Assembly (NCBI GenBank): GCA_036651015.1
Contig: JAVVYP010000001.1
Span: forward strand, 22,940 to 86,939
Length of the DNA stretch: 64,000 nucleotides
Origin: Alistipes sp.
GTDB taxonomy: Bacteria > Bacteroidota > Bacteroidia > Bacteroidales > Rikenellaceae
Reading direction: 5' to 3'
Shown here: positions 49,017-59,209 of the stretch, one piece after another
Position numbering within the stretch: the first letter of the stretch is position 1
Layout: each line of letters begins with the position of its first letter
Translations under genes and position numbers: made by a program
The notes under the pieces: generated by a model
Databases searched by the model: none
Told to the model about the DNA's origin: nothing
What the model saw: the letters and a program-made list of their open reading frames with translations, nothing else

Positions 49017-50312
49017 TTAAGCCACCACAGTATCCTGCGAAAGGTGGTTTAACAAGCGGATCGAAAAAGTCTCCGCCGTCACGTCAGCGGAGACCGTTAA
49101 ACCATTTTTACTGCATATTTCGCGGATGATCGGCATTCCGAGTCCATTCGAATTGTCGTAATTACGCGAACGATTGTAGCGTTCAAACAGATCGCCTTGC
49201 GGAATAATGTTGTTGTAGGTATTGGTCACCGTCAGCGACAAAGTGTCGCAATCAAGATTGATATATCCCCCTTGTGGCGCGTATTTCACAGCATTTGACA
49301 TCACATTATCAATCAGAATCTGTGCCAACATCGGATGCAATTTCACCGCGAAATTTTCGCGATAATTCTTGGTCACACACAACGCCTTAGCAGCAATAAT
49401 CTCCTCGTGCAGATCCACAAAATTATCCAACAGATCGTTGAGCTGCACCGATTCACGCACATTGAAACCATCACTGCTAATGCGTGTGAAAAGCAACATC
49501 GCAGCGTTGAATTTGGCCATACGCTGCAACACATTCTGCATCACGACGATATTCTTCATATCTTCTTCGTTGTCGACGCACGATTGCTGCAACTGCTCGA
49601 GCTTCATTCGCAGAATGGTCAACGGCGTTTGCAACTCGTGCGACGTGTTCTCCGACATCTCTTTCAGGGCGCGAAAGTCGTTATTAATCTTTGTCATCAT
49701 CGTTTGCAGCACCTGATTCAGCTCATTAAATTCGTCAATATCCGACATTTCGAGCGCCACAGCTTGCCGCTGCCTGACATCATATCGACGCATACGCTCC
49801 AACAATTTGTGCAAAGGAGCCACAAGCCGTTCGAGGTGACGTCTTGTCAGATAAAAGGTAAGGGCAAACAGCAGCAGCAACACCACCGAGGAGATCACCA
49901 CCGCCTTCACCAAATCGGTTTGCTCGAGCGTGGGCAAAATAAGCGTCACTATAAAATTCTGGTCGTTTGTTTTAACAGGGAAATTCAGCACGCGATAAAT
50001 CAAAAATTCTTGCTCGTGGCGGTTGTAAATCAGCGAATCATAGATCGCCTCGCGTACCTTGACCTTGCTGTGCGAACGCGGTGCAATCGTCGTTCGCAGA
50101 TAGCTGTGCTGCAACTCCACGGTACTAAAAAACATCAACGAGCCTGTCCGAGAGACGTACTCCTCAATATCGGTTCGGTATTCACACAAAACGTCGTCCG
50201 TGGTGCGGTGAATGGCGTAGCAGTAGATGTAATATTGGGAGATGCAGCCCAACAAAAGCACCACAACAAGCGTCAGCAGCGCGTGACGGCGGTATTTGTA
50301 GGAGAGTTTCAC
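49017..50312 (-). CDS. Two-component sensor histidine kinase
   Basis: Two TMs, HAMP-like region, SHELQTPL H-box, SNAVKY N-box, GLGM; GTG start coupled to the RR stop. Confidence 0.92.
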   Translation of the reverse strand: MKLSYKYRRHALLTLVVVLLLGCISQYYIYCYAIHRTTDDVLCEYRTDIEEYVSRTGSLMFFSTVELQHSYLRTTIAPRSHSKVKVREAIYDSLIYNRHEQEFLIYRVLNFPVKTNDQNFIVTLILPTLEQTDLVKAVVISSVVLLLLFALTFYLTRRHLERLVAPLHKLLERMRRYDVRQRQAVALEMSDIDEFNELNQVLQTMMTKINNDFRALKEMSENTSHELQTPLTILRMKLEQLQQSCVDNEEDMKNIVVMQNVLQRMAKFNAAMLLFTRISSDGFNVRESVQLNDLLDNFVDLHEEIIAAKALCVTKNYRENFAVKLHPMLAQILIDNVMSNAVKYAPQGGYINLDCDTLSLTVTNTYNNIIPQGDLFERYNRSRNYDNSNGLGMPIIREICSKNGLTVSADVTAETFSIRLLNHLSQDTVVA

Positions 50313-50995
50313 AGCTCTTCCGATGTAAATTTATAACCTACGGCATAGATCGTTTTAATGTAGTCGTGTGCCCCGGCTTCCACCATTTTTTTACGGAGGT
50401 TGCGAATATGGGTGTAGATGAAATCGAACGAATCGGCCGACAATCCCATCGTATCGCCCCACAAGTGTTCGACGATGCACTCTTTGGTAATCACACGTTC
50501 GCGATTGGTCAGAAAATAGATCAACATATCGTACTCCTTGCGCGTGAGCACAATTTCACGCTCACCCACAAAGACGCGCCGCGCATCGGAATGCACGGTA
50601 ATTTCGTTGAAACTATATTCGTTCTGACCGGCGAAACGACGACGACGGATGACCGCATAGACTCGCGCATTCAACTCGGCGAAACTAAAAGGTTTGGTCA
50701 GATAATCGTCTGCACCTATATTTAGAGCCTCGACCTTATCGGTAATTGCGCCGAGCGCCGAGATGACAATAACGCCCATCGTCGACGCGTGTTTCTTCAC
50801 TTTGCGGATCAACTCCAGTCCATTGCCGTCGGGCAACATAATGTCAACAATCAGGCAGTCGTATTCGTAGAGATGGAGTTTCTCTTCAGCCAGACAATAG
50901 GTCTCAGCGACCTCAATGGTGTAGCCTTGCTCTCGACAACAAGCAGCAACAGCTTGGAGAATAGGCGGTTCATCTTCAACAATGAGAATATTCAT
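50309..50995 (-). CDS. OmpR-family response regulator
   Basis: ILIVEDE, DIMLPDG, GADDYLTKPF, winged helix HI.NLRKK..I.T....GY. Confidence 0.94.
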   Translation of the reverse strand: MNILIVEDEPPILQAVAACCREQGYTIEVAETYCLAEEKLHLYEYDCLIVDIMLPDGNGLELIRKVKKHASTMGVIVISALGAITDKVEALNIGADDYLTKPFSFAELNARVYAVIRRRRFAGQNEYSFNEITVHSDARRVFVGEREIVLTRKEYDMLIYFLTNRERVITKECIVEHLWGDTMGLSADSFDFIYTHIRNLRKKMVEAGAHDYIKTIYAVGYKFTSEEL

Positions 50996-51072
50996 AACGA
51001 CAGTATGGGGGTCTTTTTTACAAATATAATAAAATAAATTGTTCCGGCAACATTTTATTTTTTCTGGCATAT

Positions 51073-51091
51073 CTTCAGAAAGACTTTAGAA
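51073..51091 (+). promoter_or_regulatory. Candidate OmpR-type tandem binding site
   Basis: CTTCAGAA (51073-80) and CTTTAGAA (51084-91), 11-bp period, between divergent RR and lipoprotein genes. Confidence 0.5.
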
Positions 51092-51142
51092 TCGCGATGC
51101 TACTTTGTGTTACAAATTTTCAATTAAAAAACAGAAAACAAC

Positions 51143-52060
51143 ATGAAAAATTATTTTAAATCACTGGCAGTCATTCTCTTAGCATCAGGATTTATTTTTG
51201 TAGGATGTAGCGATGACGATGCTACAAAGCAGAACACCACCGCACCGGCAGAACAGACAGTCAAGGCATTCCAAGCGAAATTCCCGGCCGCACAAAACGT
51301 GCAATGGGCGAAAAAACGCGGGTACGACGTGGCTACCTTTACGCTGAAGGGAACGCGAGCTGCCAACGTAGCAGCCCCTGCCAACAGTGCTTGGTACCTC
51401 GAAGGGACAGCAACTTGCGCCTATGTGGACGAGGAGATCACCCTTGAGCAGCTGAAAAAAGACGCTCCGAAGGTAGCAGCCGCTTGGGAGGCATCGCCTC
51501 GTAAAAAAGAGGGCTATCTACTCGAAGACATCGACGTTCTGACCCACGCCACCGAAGCTGCAGTCTACAAACTCGAAGTGGAGAAAGGTGAGCTTGAGTA
51601 CGAGCTTTACTACACGAAAGAGGGCGTTTTGTTGCGTGAGCAGGCTGATGCCGACGAGACCGACGACAAAGATGAGAACGAACCTTGCCCTCAGGCGATT
51701 TACGACTTTATCAAGCTGAACTTCGCGACCGCTATTGTTGTTGAATTTGACATCGAAGACGAGGGTGGTATGACTTATTACGAAGTCGAAGTTACCATCA
51801 ACGGCAAAGAAAAAGAGCTGGTTTTCGACAAGGAGAGCCAATTTCTCTTTGTAATCGTCGAGATTGACGAGGAGGCATTGCCGGAGGCGATCAATAAGGC
51901 ATTCCTTGCTTTGGCACCCAACTCGGAAGATTGGAGCGACATCGCGCAACTCGAAAATGAAAAAGGTGCAGTCATCGGTTATATGCTGATCGTCGAAGAC
52001 GAAAAGACCAACACCGAGAAGACTTTTATGGTTGATGCCAAAGGCAATACGCTCAAATAA
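51143..52060 (+). CDS. PepSY-like (BLIP-like) domain lipoprotein
   Basis: FVGC lipobox with acidic SDDD; AFQAKFP.A.NV.W; repeated Y.LEVE..E.E.Y/F..G modules. Confidence 0.82.
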   Translation: MKNYFKSLAVILLASGFIFVGCSDDDATKQNTTAPAEQTVKAFQAKFPAAQNVQWAKKRGYDVATFTLKGTRAANVAAPANSAWYLEGTATCAYVDEEITLEQLKKDAPKVAAAWEASPRKKEGYLLEDIDVLTHATEAAVYKLEVEKGELEYELYYTKEGVLLREQADADETDDKDENEPCPQAIYDFIKLNFATAIVVEFDIEDEGGMTYYEVEVTINGKEKELVFDKESQFLFVIVEIDEEALPEAINKAFLALAPNSEDWSDIAQLENEKGAVIGYMLIVEDEKTNTEKTFMVDAKGNTLK

Positions 52061-52090
52061 ATCGCCATAGCATATAGACCCCAATCCGGT

Positions 52091-52132
52091 CAGCGTCCCG
52101 AAAGTTCAAAACTTCCGGGGCGCTGTTTTTTT
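52091..52132 (+). terminator. Intrinsic terminator
   Basis: CAGCGTCCCGAAAGTT...AACTTCCGGGGCGCTG followed by T7. Confidence 0.82.
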
Positions 52133-52217
52133 GTTTAAATCACACAGATGGTTGCCTATTAAAAAATAAAAGAGTATATTTGATCCAAGTTTTCAAAAAC
52201 CAATAGAACAGAGTGCA

Positions 52218-53099
52218 ATGAAAGGAATCGTATTGGCCGGAGGTTCGGGCACACGCCTCTACCCCATCACCAAGGGTGTCAGCAAGCAGCTGCTACCGAT
52301 CTATGACAAACCGATGATTTACTACCCTCTTTCGGTGCTGATGCTGGCCGGAATCCGCGAGATTCTGATCATCTCGACACCTGCCGACCTGCCGGCATTT
52401 CGGCGGCTATTAGGCGACGGTGCGGATTTCGGCGTGCAGTTCAGCTATGCCGAGCAACCCTCGCCCGATGGATTGGCACAGGCGTTCATCATCGGCAAAG
52501 AGTTTATCGGCAACGATGCGGTTTGCTTGGTCTTGGGCGACAATATCTTCCACGGCTCGGGCTTCACAGGGCTACTCAAACAGGCGGTTCGTGATGCCGA
52601 AGAGTCGGCCAAGGCGACCGTTTTCGGCTATCGGGTCGACGATCCGGAGCGCTACGGCGTGGCGGAGTTCGACAGCGAGGGTAACTGCCTCTCGATCGAG
52701 GAGAAACCCGCGCAACCCAAATCCAACTATGCAGTTGTCGGCCTCTACTTCTACCCCAACAAGGTCGTCGAGGTGGCTGAACGCATCAAACCCTCGGCAC
52801 GCGGTGAGCTGGAGATCACAACGGTCAATCAAGAGTTTTTGAAAGATCGGGAGTTGAAGGTACAGACATTGGCGCGCGGCTTTGCGTGGCTCGACACCGG
52901 AACGCACGATTCGCTATCCGAAGCTTCGGTTTTTGTCGAGGTAATCGAAAAACGCCAAGGGCTGAAGATCGCCTGTCTGGAGAGCATCGCCTATGACAAA
53001 GGTTGGATCAATGCCGATACTATGCGCCGCTTAGCACAGCCGATGATCAAAAATCAATACGGTCAATATCTGCTTAAAGTAATAGTTGAACACAAATAA
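52218..53099 (+). CDS. rfbA: Glucose-1-phosphate thymidylyltransferase
   Basis: [43 protein letters not shown]. Confidence 0.97.
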   Translation: MKGIVLAGGSGTRLYPITKGVSKQLLPIYDKPMIYYPLSVLMLAGIREILIISTPADLPAFRRLLGDGADFGVQFSYAEQPSPDGLAQAFIIGKEFIGNDAVCLVLGDNIFHGSGFTGLLKQAVRDAEESAKATVFGYRVDDPERYGVAEFDSEGNCLSIEEKPAQPKSNYAVVGLYFYPNKVVEVAERIKPSARGELEITTVNQEFLKDRELKVQTLARGFAWLDTGTHDSLSEASVFVEVIEKRQGLKIACLESIAYDKGWINADTMRRLAQPMIKNQYGQYLLKVIVEHK

Positions 53100-53671
53100 T
53101 GAAAATAATTAAAACTGAGATAGAAGGGGTTATTATCATCGAACCTGATTTGTTTGGCGATGAGCGTGGTTACTTCTTCGAAAGTTATTCACAACAGCAG
53201 TTCGATCAGCTGGTGCGTCCCATCCGTTTCGTGCAGGACAATGAGTCTAAATCGCGCTATGGTGTCCTACGCGGACTTCATTTTCAACGCGGAGCCGCCG
53301 CCCAATCCAAACTCGTGCGCGTGATTTCGGGACGGGTACTCGACGTCGCGGTTGACATCCGCAAAGGGTCGCCCACCTTCGGGCGCCACGTCGCTGTCGA
53401 ATTGTCGGGTGAAAATCACCGCCAACTGTTTCTGTCACGCGGCTTTGCCCACGGTTTTTCGGTTTTGAGCGAAGAGGCGGTTTTTCAATACAAATGCGAC
53501 AACCTCTACTCGCCGGCGCTGGAGGGCGCTATCGCGTGGAATGACCCTGCAATCGGCATCGACTGGCGGCTCGATCCCAAAGATATGTTGCTCTCGGCCA
53601 AAGATGGCAACCATCCGTTGCTCAAAGATGCGCCCGAATTGTTTGACTACAAAGTAGATTATTATGCATAA
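53099..53671 (+). CDS. rfbC: dTDP-4-dehydrorhamnose 3,5-epimerase
   Basis: DERGYFFE, QDN.S.S..GVLRGLHFQ, GFAHGF, YKCD. Confidence 0.96.
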   Translation: MKIIKTEIEGVIIIEPDLFGDERGYFFESYSQQQFDQLVRPIRFVQDNESKSRYGVLRGLHFQRGAAAQSKLVRVISGRVLDVAVDIRKGSPTFGRHVAVELSGENHRQLFLSRGFAHGFSVLSEEAVFQYKCDNLYSPALEGAIAWNDPAIGIDWRLDPKDMLLSAKDGNHPLLKDAPELFDYKVDYYA

Positions 53672-54524
53672 TATCTTGGTCACCGGAGCCAACGGACAGT
53701 TGGGAAACGAGATGCGTCGGCGCGGAGCAACCTCTGCGAATCACTACCTTTTCACCGATGTTGCCGAGTTGGACATCACCGATCGTGCAGCTATTGGCCG
53801 ATGTGTCGCCGACAACCACATTGATGTGATCGTCAACTGTGCCGCCTACACCAATGTGGAGCGCGCCGAAGAGGATGAGGCAACGGCTAACTTGCTGAAT
53901 AACAAAGCAGCCGCAAATTTAGCTGCGGCAGCACTTGAGGTAGATGCAACGCTGATTCACATCTCCACCGACTATGTTTTCTCGGGCAACGGCAATCTTC
54001 CCTGCGGCGAGGATGCACCGACGGCTCCGCTGGGGGTGTACGGCAAAACCAAATTGGCCGGCGAGCAAGCCATTCAAGCATCGGGCGTCAAATACCTGAT
54101 TTTCCGCACGGCGTGGCTCTACTCCCAGTATGGCAACAATTTTCTGAAGACGATGTTGCGGCTCACCGCCGAACGCGACACCTTGAATGTGGTTTTCGAT
54201 CAAGTCGGCACGCCAACCTACGCCGGCGATTTGGCCGCCACCATTTTCGAAATCATCGAATCGGAACGATATGTCGGCAATGAGGGCATCTACCACTACA
54301 CCAACGAGGGTGTTTGCTCGTGGTACGACTTCGCCACAGAGATCGCCGCCGCCGGACACAACACGTGCCGCGTACTACCCTGCCACTCTTCCGAATTTCC
54401 GTCGAAAGTCCAGCGCCCAGCCTTTTCGGTGCTCGACAAAACCAAAGTCAAACAGACCTTTGGCATCGAAATTCCCCATTGGAGACGCTCTATGGTTGAC
54501 TGTCTTGAAAAATTGAAAAAATAA
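53664..54524 (+). CDS. rfbD: dTDP-4-dehydrorhamnose reductase
   Basis: TGANGQLG, NCAAYT, ISTDYVF, YGKTK, DQ.GTPT. Confidence 0.96.
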   Translation: MHNILVTGANGQLGNEMRRRGATSANHYLFTDVAELDITDRAAIGRCVADNHIDVIVNCAAYTNVERAEEDEATANLLNNKAAANLAAAALEVDATLIHISTDYVFSGNGNLPCGEDAPTAPLGVYGKTKLAGEQAIQASGVKYLIFRTAWLYSQYGNNFLKTMLRLTAERDTLNVVFDQVGTPTYAGDLAATIFEIIESERYVGNEGIYHYTNEGVCSWYDFATEIAAAGHNTCRVLPCHSSEFPSKVQRPAFSVLDKTKVKQTFGIEIPHWRRSMVDCLEKLKK

Positions 54525-54527
54525 TCT

Positions 54528-55586
54528 ATGAAACGCAACATTCTAATTACCGGTGGAGCCGGATTTATTGGTTCGCACGTGGTGCGGCTTTTTGTCACCA
54601 AATACCCCGACTACCACATTATCAACCTCGATAAGTTGACCTATGCCGGCAACTTAGCCAACCTGCGCGACATCGAACAGATGCCGAACTACACCTTTGT
54701 CAAAGCCGATATTTGCGACTTCGATGCCGTATGTGAGATTTTTCGGCAATACCAAATTGACGGGGTGATCCACTTGGCGGCCGAAAGTCACGTCGATCGG
54801 TCGATTCTCGATCCGTTCACCTTTGCACGTACCAATGTGATGGGAACGCTTTCGTTGTTGCAGGCGGCTCGACTCTATTGGAACGGCGATTGGAAGGATA
54901 AACTTTTTTACCACATCTCGACCGATGAGGTCTATGGAGCGTTGGAATTTGACGGCAGCTTTTTCACCGAGCAGACCAAGTACGATCCGCATTCACCCTA
55001 CTCCGCATCGAAAGCCTCCTCCGACCACTTCGTTCGCGCCTTCCACGACACGTATGGTATGCCGACCGTCGTCACCAACTGCTCGAACAACTACGGCCCC
55101 TATCAATTTCCCGAAAAGTTGATTCCGCTCTTCATCAACAACATCCGTCACGGCAAACCACTGCCCGTCTACGGCAAGGGCGAAAACGTCCGCGACTGGC
55201 TCTATGTGGTGGATCACGCGCGCGCAATCGACCTGATTTTTCACAAAGGGAAAGTCGCCGACACCTACAATATCGGAGGCTTCAACGAATGGTCAAATAT
55301 AGATCTTATTCGTGTGATAATCAAGACTGTTGATCGTCTATTGGGCAATCCGGAAGGCCACTCCGACCACCTGATCACCTACGTCACCGATCGCGCCGGT
55401 CACGATCTGCGCTATGCCATTGACTCCCGTAAACTCAAAGAGGAGTTGGGTTGGGAACCCTCGTTGCAATTTGAGGAGGGGATCGAAAAGACCGTGCGCT
55501 GGTACCTCGACAACCAACCGTGGATGGATCACATCACCTCGGGCGAGTACGAAAAGTACTACGACAAAATGTACAAAGATCGCTAA
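54528..55586 (+). CDS. rfbB: dTDP-glucose 4,6-dehydratase
   Basis: TGGAGFIG, DKLTYAGN, AAESHVDRS, STDEVYG, YSASK, NNYGPYQFPEK. Confidence 0.97.
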   Translation: MKRNILITGGAGFIGSHVVRLFVTKYPDYHIINLDKLTYAGNLANLRDIEQMPNYTFVKADICDFDAVCEIFRQYQIDGVIHLAAESHVDRSILDPFTFARTNVMGTLSLLQAARLYWNGDWKDKLFYHISTDEVYGALEFDGSFFTEQTKYDPHSPYSASKASSDHFVRAFHDTYGMPTVVTNCSNNYGPYQFPEKLIPLFINNIRHGKPLPVYGKGENVRDWLYVVDHARAIDLIFHKGKVADTYNIGGFNEWSNIDLIRVIIKTVDRLLGNPEGHSDHLITYVTDRAGHDLRYAIDSRKLKEELGWEPSLQFEEGIEKTVRWYLDNQPWMDHITSGEYEKYYDKMYKDR

Positions 55587-55623
55587 ATATCTTCGGCAAC
55601 AAATTCAAACAGCTTCTAAAAAG

Positions 55624-55658
55624 GGACTGCCTCAGCAATTGAAGCAGTCCGTTTTTTT
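55624..55658 (+). terminator. Intrinsic terminator after rfbB
   Basis: GGACTGC...GCAGTCC followed by G and T7. Confidence 0.75.
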
Positions 55659-55686
55659 GCGGCCGGCACAGGCGGCTAAGAGCCGA

Positions 55687-57552
55687 TTATCGCTCACTCA
55701 AGTCGAGCCACCGCATACTTTTCGTGTCGATCAGCTCAATCAGCACAGCAATGCGTTGCGATTGCTCCAGCAGCTCCGACGAGCAGAGCGTGCCCGACGA
55801 GAGCGACTGCTCCAGCGCTGCTTTCTCGGACTCTAACTCCGGAATCTGCTGTTCAAGTTGCTCCAATTCACGTTTCTCGTTGAAAGAAAGTTTGCCCGAA
55901 TCACTCTTCGGAGTGCGTGGCAGCTGCGCTTTGGGGCGATCTTGTGCCGCATCGGCACGACGGGCAGCCTCCATCTCTCGTTTCCACGTCACAAATTCGG
56001 AGTAAGTTCCTGAAAAATCTTTGATGACGCCATCGCCGCAAAAAACCAGCAGGTGATCGACAACTTTATCCACGAAATAACGATCGTGCGACACCACAAT
56101 CACACACCCCTTGAATGCGCTCAAATACGCTTCAAGAATGCCGAGCGTCACGATGTCGAGGTCATTGGTCGGCTCGTCTAACACCAAAAAATTGGGATTG
56201 CGCATTAACACCGTGCAGAGGTAAAGCCGCCGCCGCTCGCCACCACTCAAACGCGACACGAAGTTGTGCTGCGTCTCGGGCGTGAAGAGAAAATGCAGCA
56301 GAAATTGCGACGCCGTCATTCGTTGCCCATCACCCAAATCAATCTCCTCGGCGATCTCGCTCACCACGTCGATCACCTTCTTCGTGTCGTCGAACTCCAG
56401 CCCCTGCTGGCTGTAATAGCCAAAACGAACCGTCTCACCGACGTCGAAGGCGCCGCTGTCGGGCGCTTCGATTCCCAGCAGCAACTTCAAAAATGTTGAT
56501 TTTCCACACCCGTTGTCGCCCACAATACCCAGCTTTTCGTAGCGTGTGAAGTTGTAGTCGAATTGATCGAGGATCTTCAACGCGCCAAAACTTTTACACA
56601 CCTTTTTGGCTTCGAAAATCTTGGTTCCGATATACGAGGCCTTGACTTTGAGATTCACCTCGCCACGACTTCGCGGACTCTGAAGCCGCGCCTCAAGTTC
56701 ACCAAAAGCGTCGATGCGTGACCGTGCTTTGGTAGCTCGAGCCTGCGGTTGACGACGCATCCACTCCAATTCGCGGCGATAGAGATTCATCTCACTCGCT
56801 CGCAGAGCCGCATCCGCCTGCTCGCGTTCTTGCTTTTTCTCCAGATAGTAGGAGTAGTTGCCGGCGTAGTGGTAGAGGCTTCGATTCTCGATCTCGACGA
56901 TGTCGCTACACACGCTGTCCAGAAAATAACGATCGTGGGTCACCATCAGCAACCCCACGCTACTCGCTGCGAGCCACTCTTCGAGCCATTCGGTCATATC
57001 GGTATCAAGGTGGTTGGTCGGCTCATCGAGAATCAGCAGATCCGATTCGCTAATCAACACATTGGCCAAAGCCACTCGTTTGAGTTGTCCGCCAGAGAGC
57101 GTCTCGACACGCTGCTCGAAATCCCTGATTTTCAGGCGAGAGAGAATGCGTTTAGCTCGCTGTTCGTAATCCCACGCCTCGAGTGCATCCATACGCGCCA
57201 TAGCCTCCTGCAAACCCTCTCCCGAAGGGTTGGCAACCGCCCGTTCATACGCGGCGATGGCCTTCAGGGCAGGACTGTCGGAGTAGAAGCAGGCCTCTAT
57301 CACGGTCATTCCTGTCGGATAGGTAGGACATTGTTCCAAATAAGCCACACGCAGATCCCGACGCGGCACAATGCTGCCACTGTCGGCACTCAGGCGGCCG
57401 GCGATGATGTTGAGCAGTGTGGTTTTCCCCGTACCATTTTTGGCAACCAACGCAATGCGGTGGCCGTCGTCGATCGAGAAGGAGATATTTTCGAAGAGCA
57501 CAAGGTCTCCGAACGATTTGGTCAGGTTTTCAACCTGAAGGCAGCAAGACAT
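55687..57552 (-). CDS. ABC-F family ATPase (Uup-like, C-terminal coiled coil)
   Basis: Two ABC domains (NGTGKTT/LSGGQ/LDEPTN; NGCGKST/LSGGE/LDEPTN), no TM, LS.NEKRE CTD. Confidence 0.92.
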   Translation of the reverse strand: MSCCLQVENLTKSFGDLVLFENISFSIDDGHRIALVAKNGTGKTTLLNIIAGRLSADSGSIVPRRDLRVAYLEQCPTYPTGMTVIEACFYSDSPALKAIAAYERAVANPSGEGLQEAMARMDALEAWDYEQRAKRILSRLKIRDFEQRVETLSGGQLKRVALANVLISESDLLILDEPTNHLDTDMTEWLEEWLAASSVGLLMVTHDRYFLDSVCSDIVEIENRSLYHYAGNYSYYLEKKQEREQADAALRASEMNLYRRELEWMRRQPQARATKARSRIDAFGELEARLQSPRSRGEVNLKVKASYIGTKIFEAKKVCKSFGALKILDQFDYNFTRYEKLGIVGDNGCGKSTFLKLLLGIEAPDSGAFDVGETVRFGYYSQQGLEFDDTKKVIDVVSEIAEEIDLGDGQRMTASQFLLHFLFTPETQHNFVSRLSGGERRRLYLCTVLMRNPNFLVLDEPTNDLDIVTLGILEAYLSAFKGCVIVVSHDRYFVDKVVDHLLVFCGDGVIKDFSGTYSEFVTWKREMEAARRADAAQDRPKAQLPRTPKSDSGKLSFNEKRELEQLEQQIPELESEKAALEQSLSSGTLCSSELLEQSQRIAVLIELIDTKSMRWLDLSER

Positions 57553-57564
57553 CGTATAATTGTT

Positions 57565-58065
57565 TTATAAATCGTTTAATTCGCGGCTGATTTCAGCCAC
57601 CGTTGCACGCGCAAAAGCGATGAGCGAAGAGGGCGTAAGTTTGAGTTGCAAGCCGCGGACACCGGCACTAATATAGATCCAAGGTTGTGCCTCGACCGAG
57701 CTGTGGATGAAGGTCGGAAACTGCTTTTTCATCCCGATCGGCGAGCAGCCACCCCGGATGTAGCCCGTCACTGGCAGCAGCTCTTTCATCGGAATCAGAT
57801 CCACCTTTTTATTGCCCGACACGCGCGCCGCAGCCTTCAAATCGACCTCGTGATTCCCCGGCACCACACAAATGAAGTAACCCGAGCGATCCCCCTTCAG
57901 CACGAGGGTTTTGAAAACCGTTTCAATCGGCTCGGCCAACTGTTCGGCAACGTGTGTGGCGGCCAAATGGTCGTCATCGACTTGATAAGGGATCAATTCA
58001 TAGGCGATTTTCGCACGGTCAAGCAGCCGCGCCGCATTTGTTTTGTCAATTTTAGTCGTTGCCAT
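57565..58065 (-). CDS. ybaK: Cys-tRNA(Pro) deacylase
   Basis: TNAARLL, VFKTLV, TGYIRGGCSPIG, SAG.RG. Confidence 0.94.
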   Translation of the reverse strand: MATTKIDKTNAARLLDRAKIAYELIPYQVDDDHLAATHVAEQLAEPIETVFKTLVLKGDRSGYFICVVPGNHEVDLKAAARVSGNKKVDLIPMKELLPVTGYIRGGCSPIGMKKQFPTFIHSSVEAQPWIYISAGVRGLQLKLTPSSLIAFARATVAEISRELNDL

Positions 58066-58129
58066 CGTGCAAAAGTAGCTGTTTTTCCTGCAAATTCCAT
58101 TATCTTTGTTACCAATTTAATAGGAAGTT

Positions 58130-58789
58130 ATGATACAAGCAGCAATATTCGATATGGATGGCACATTGGTCAACAATACCTATGCGCATATTCGGGCGTT
58201 TGAGATTTTCTGCGCGCGCCACGGTGTACGTGGCTGGGAGGTGCGACTTAAAGATGCATTCGGTATGGGTAACGACGACATTATGCGTACAATCTTGCCC
58301 GAAGCGTTGATCCGCGAAAAAGGTTTAGCTGCTCTCGCCGACGAAAAGGAGGCTATTTATCGCGAACTTTATGCGCCCGACATCCGCCCAATGGCTGGAC
58401 TTGTTGAATTGCTCACAAAGTTACGCGAAACAGGGATACGTTGCGCTGTGGGTTCGTCGGCTTATATGACCAACGTCGATTTTGTGCTGGAAAAATGTAA
58501 TATCGGGGAGTTTTTCGAGGCTAAAATCAGCGGCAATGAGGTCACACATTGCAAACCGCACCCCGAGATATACCTCACAACCGCCGCAAGGCTGGGCTGC
58601 ACCCCTGCCGAATGCTTGGTTTTCGAGGATGCCAAAGCCGGTATCGAAGCGGCCAAACGTGCCGGCATTGGACGCACCATAGCACTGGCCACCACATTGA
58701 GCCGCGAAATATTGACATCCGACACCGCTGCCGATCTGATCATCGACGATTTTCGAGACGTCAGCGACCTGTCGTTAATTTTGAAATAG
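58130..58789 (+). CDS. HAD family phosphatase (beta-PGM-like)
   Basis: FDMDGTL, VGSS, KPHPEIY, VFEDA..G. Confidence 0.9.
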   Translation: MIQAAIFDMDGTLVNNTYAHIRAFEIFCARHGVRGWEVRLKDAFGMGNDDIMRTILPEALIREKGLAALADEKEAIYRELYAPDIRPMAGLVELLTKLRETGIRCAVGSSAYMTNVDFVLEKCNIGEFFEAKISGNEVTHCKPHPEIYLTTAARLGCTPAECLVFEDAKAGIEAAKRAGIGRTIALATTLSREILTSDTAADLIIDDFRDVSDLSLILK

Positions 58790-58791
58790 TT

Positions 58792-59157
58792 ATGTGGAAA
58801 GGAGTTGCAACCATCGGACTGCTCGTCATCTCCAACGCCTTTATGACGTTGGCGTGGTACGGGCATATCGCCTTCAAATCCAAATTGGAACGCTTCGGAC
58901 TGGCCGCAATCGTGTTGTTGAGCTGGTGCATCGCCCTGTTTGAATACTGCTTTCAAGTCCCGGCAAACCGCGTCGGCAGTATGGAGTTCGGTGGTCCTTT
59001 TTCGATTTGGGAGCTTAAAGTGATTCAAGAAGTTGTCTCGATTTCCGTCTTCACCGTCTTCGCCTTGGTTTTCATGAAATCCGACACCTTGCGCTGGAAC
59101 CATCTGGCCGGTTTTCTGTGTCTGGTGCTGGCCGTCTACTTCATCTTCCGCAAATAG
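58792..59157 (+). CDS. DMT family (DUF486-like) small membrane protein
   Basis: SNAFMTLAWYGH, SW.IALFEYCFQVPANR, LKVIQE; start at ATG 58792. Confidence 0.88.
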   Translation: MWKGVATIGLLVISNAFMTLAWYGHIAFKSKLERFGLAAIVLLSWCIALFEYCFQVPANRVGSMEFGGPFSIWELKVIQEVVSISVFTVFALVFMKSDTLRWNHLAGFLCLVLAVYFIFRK

Positions 59158-59209
59158 TGCACACCTTGCTTGAAAATATCAAAATAGCCACGCTTAAATA
59201 GTTGTTAAA

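Noticed and set aside
48915-52217. Intact integrative element at tRNA-Leu
   Set aside because: No integrase and no duplicated tRNA 3' end found downstream.
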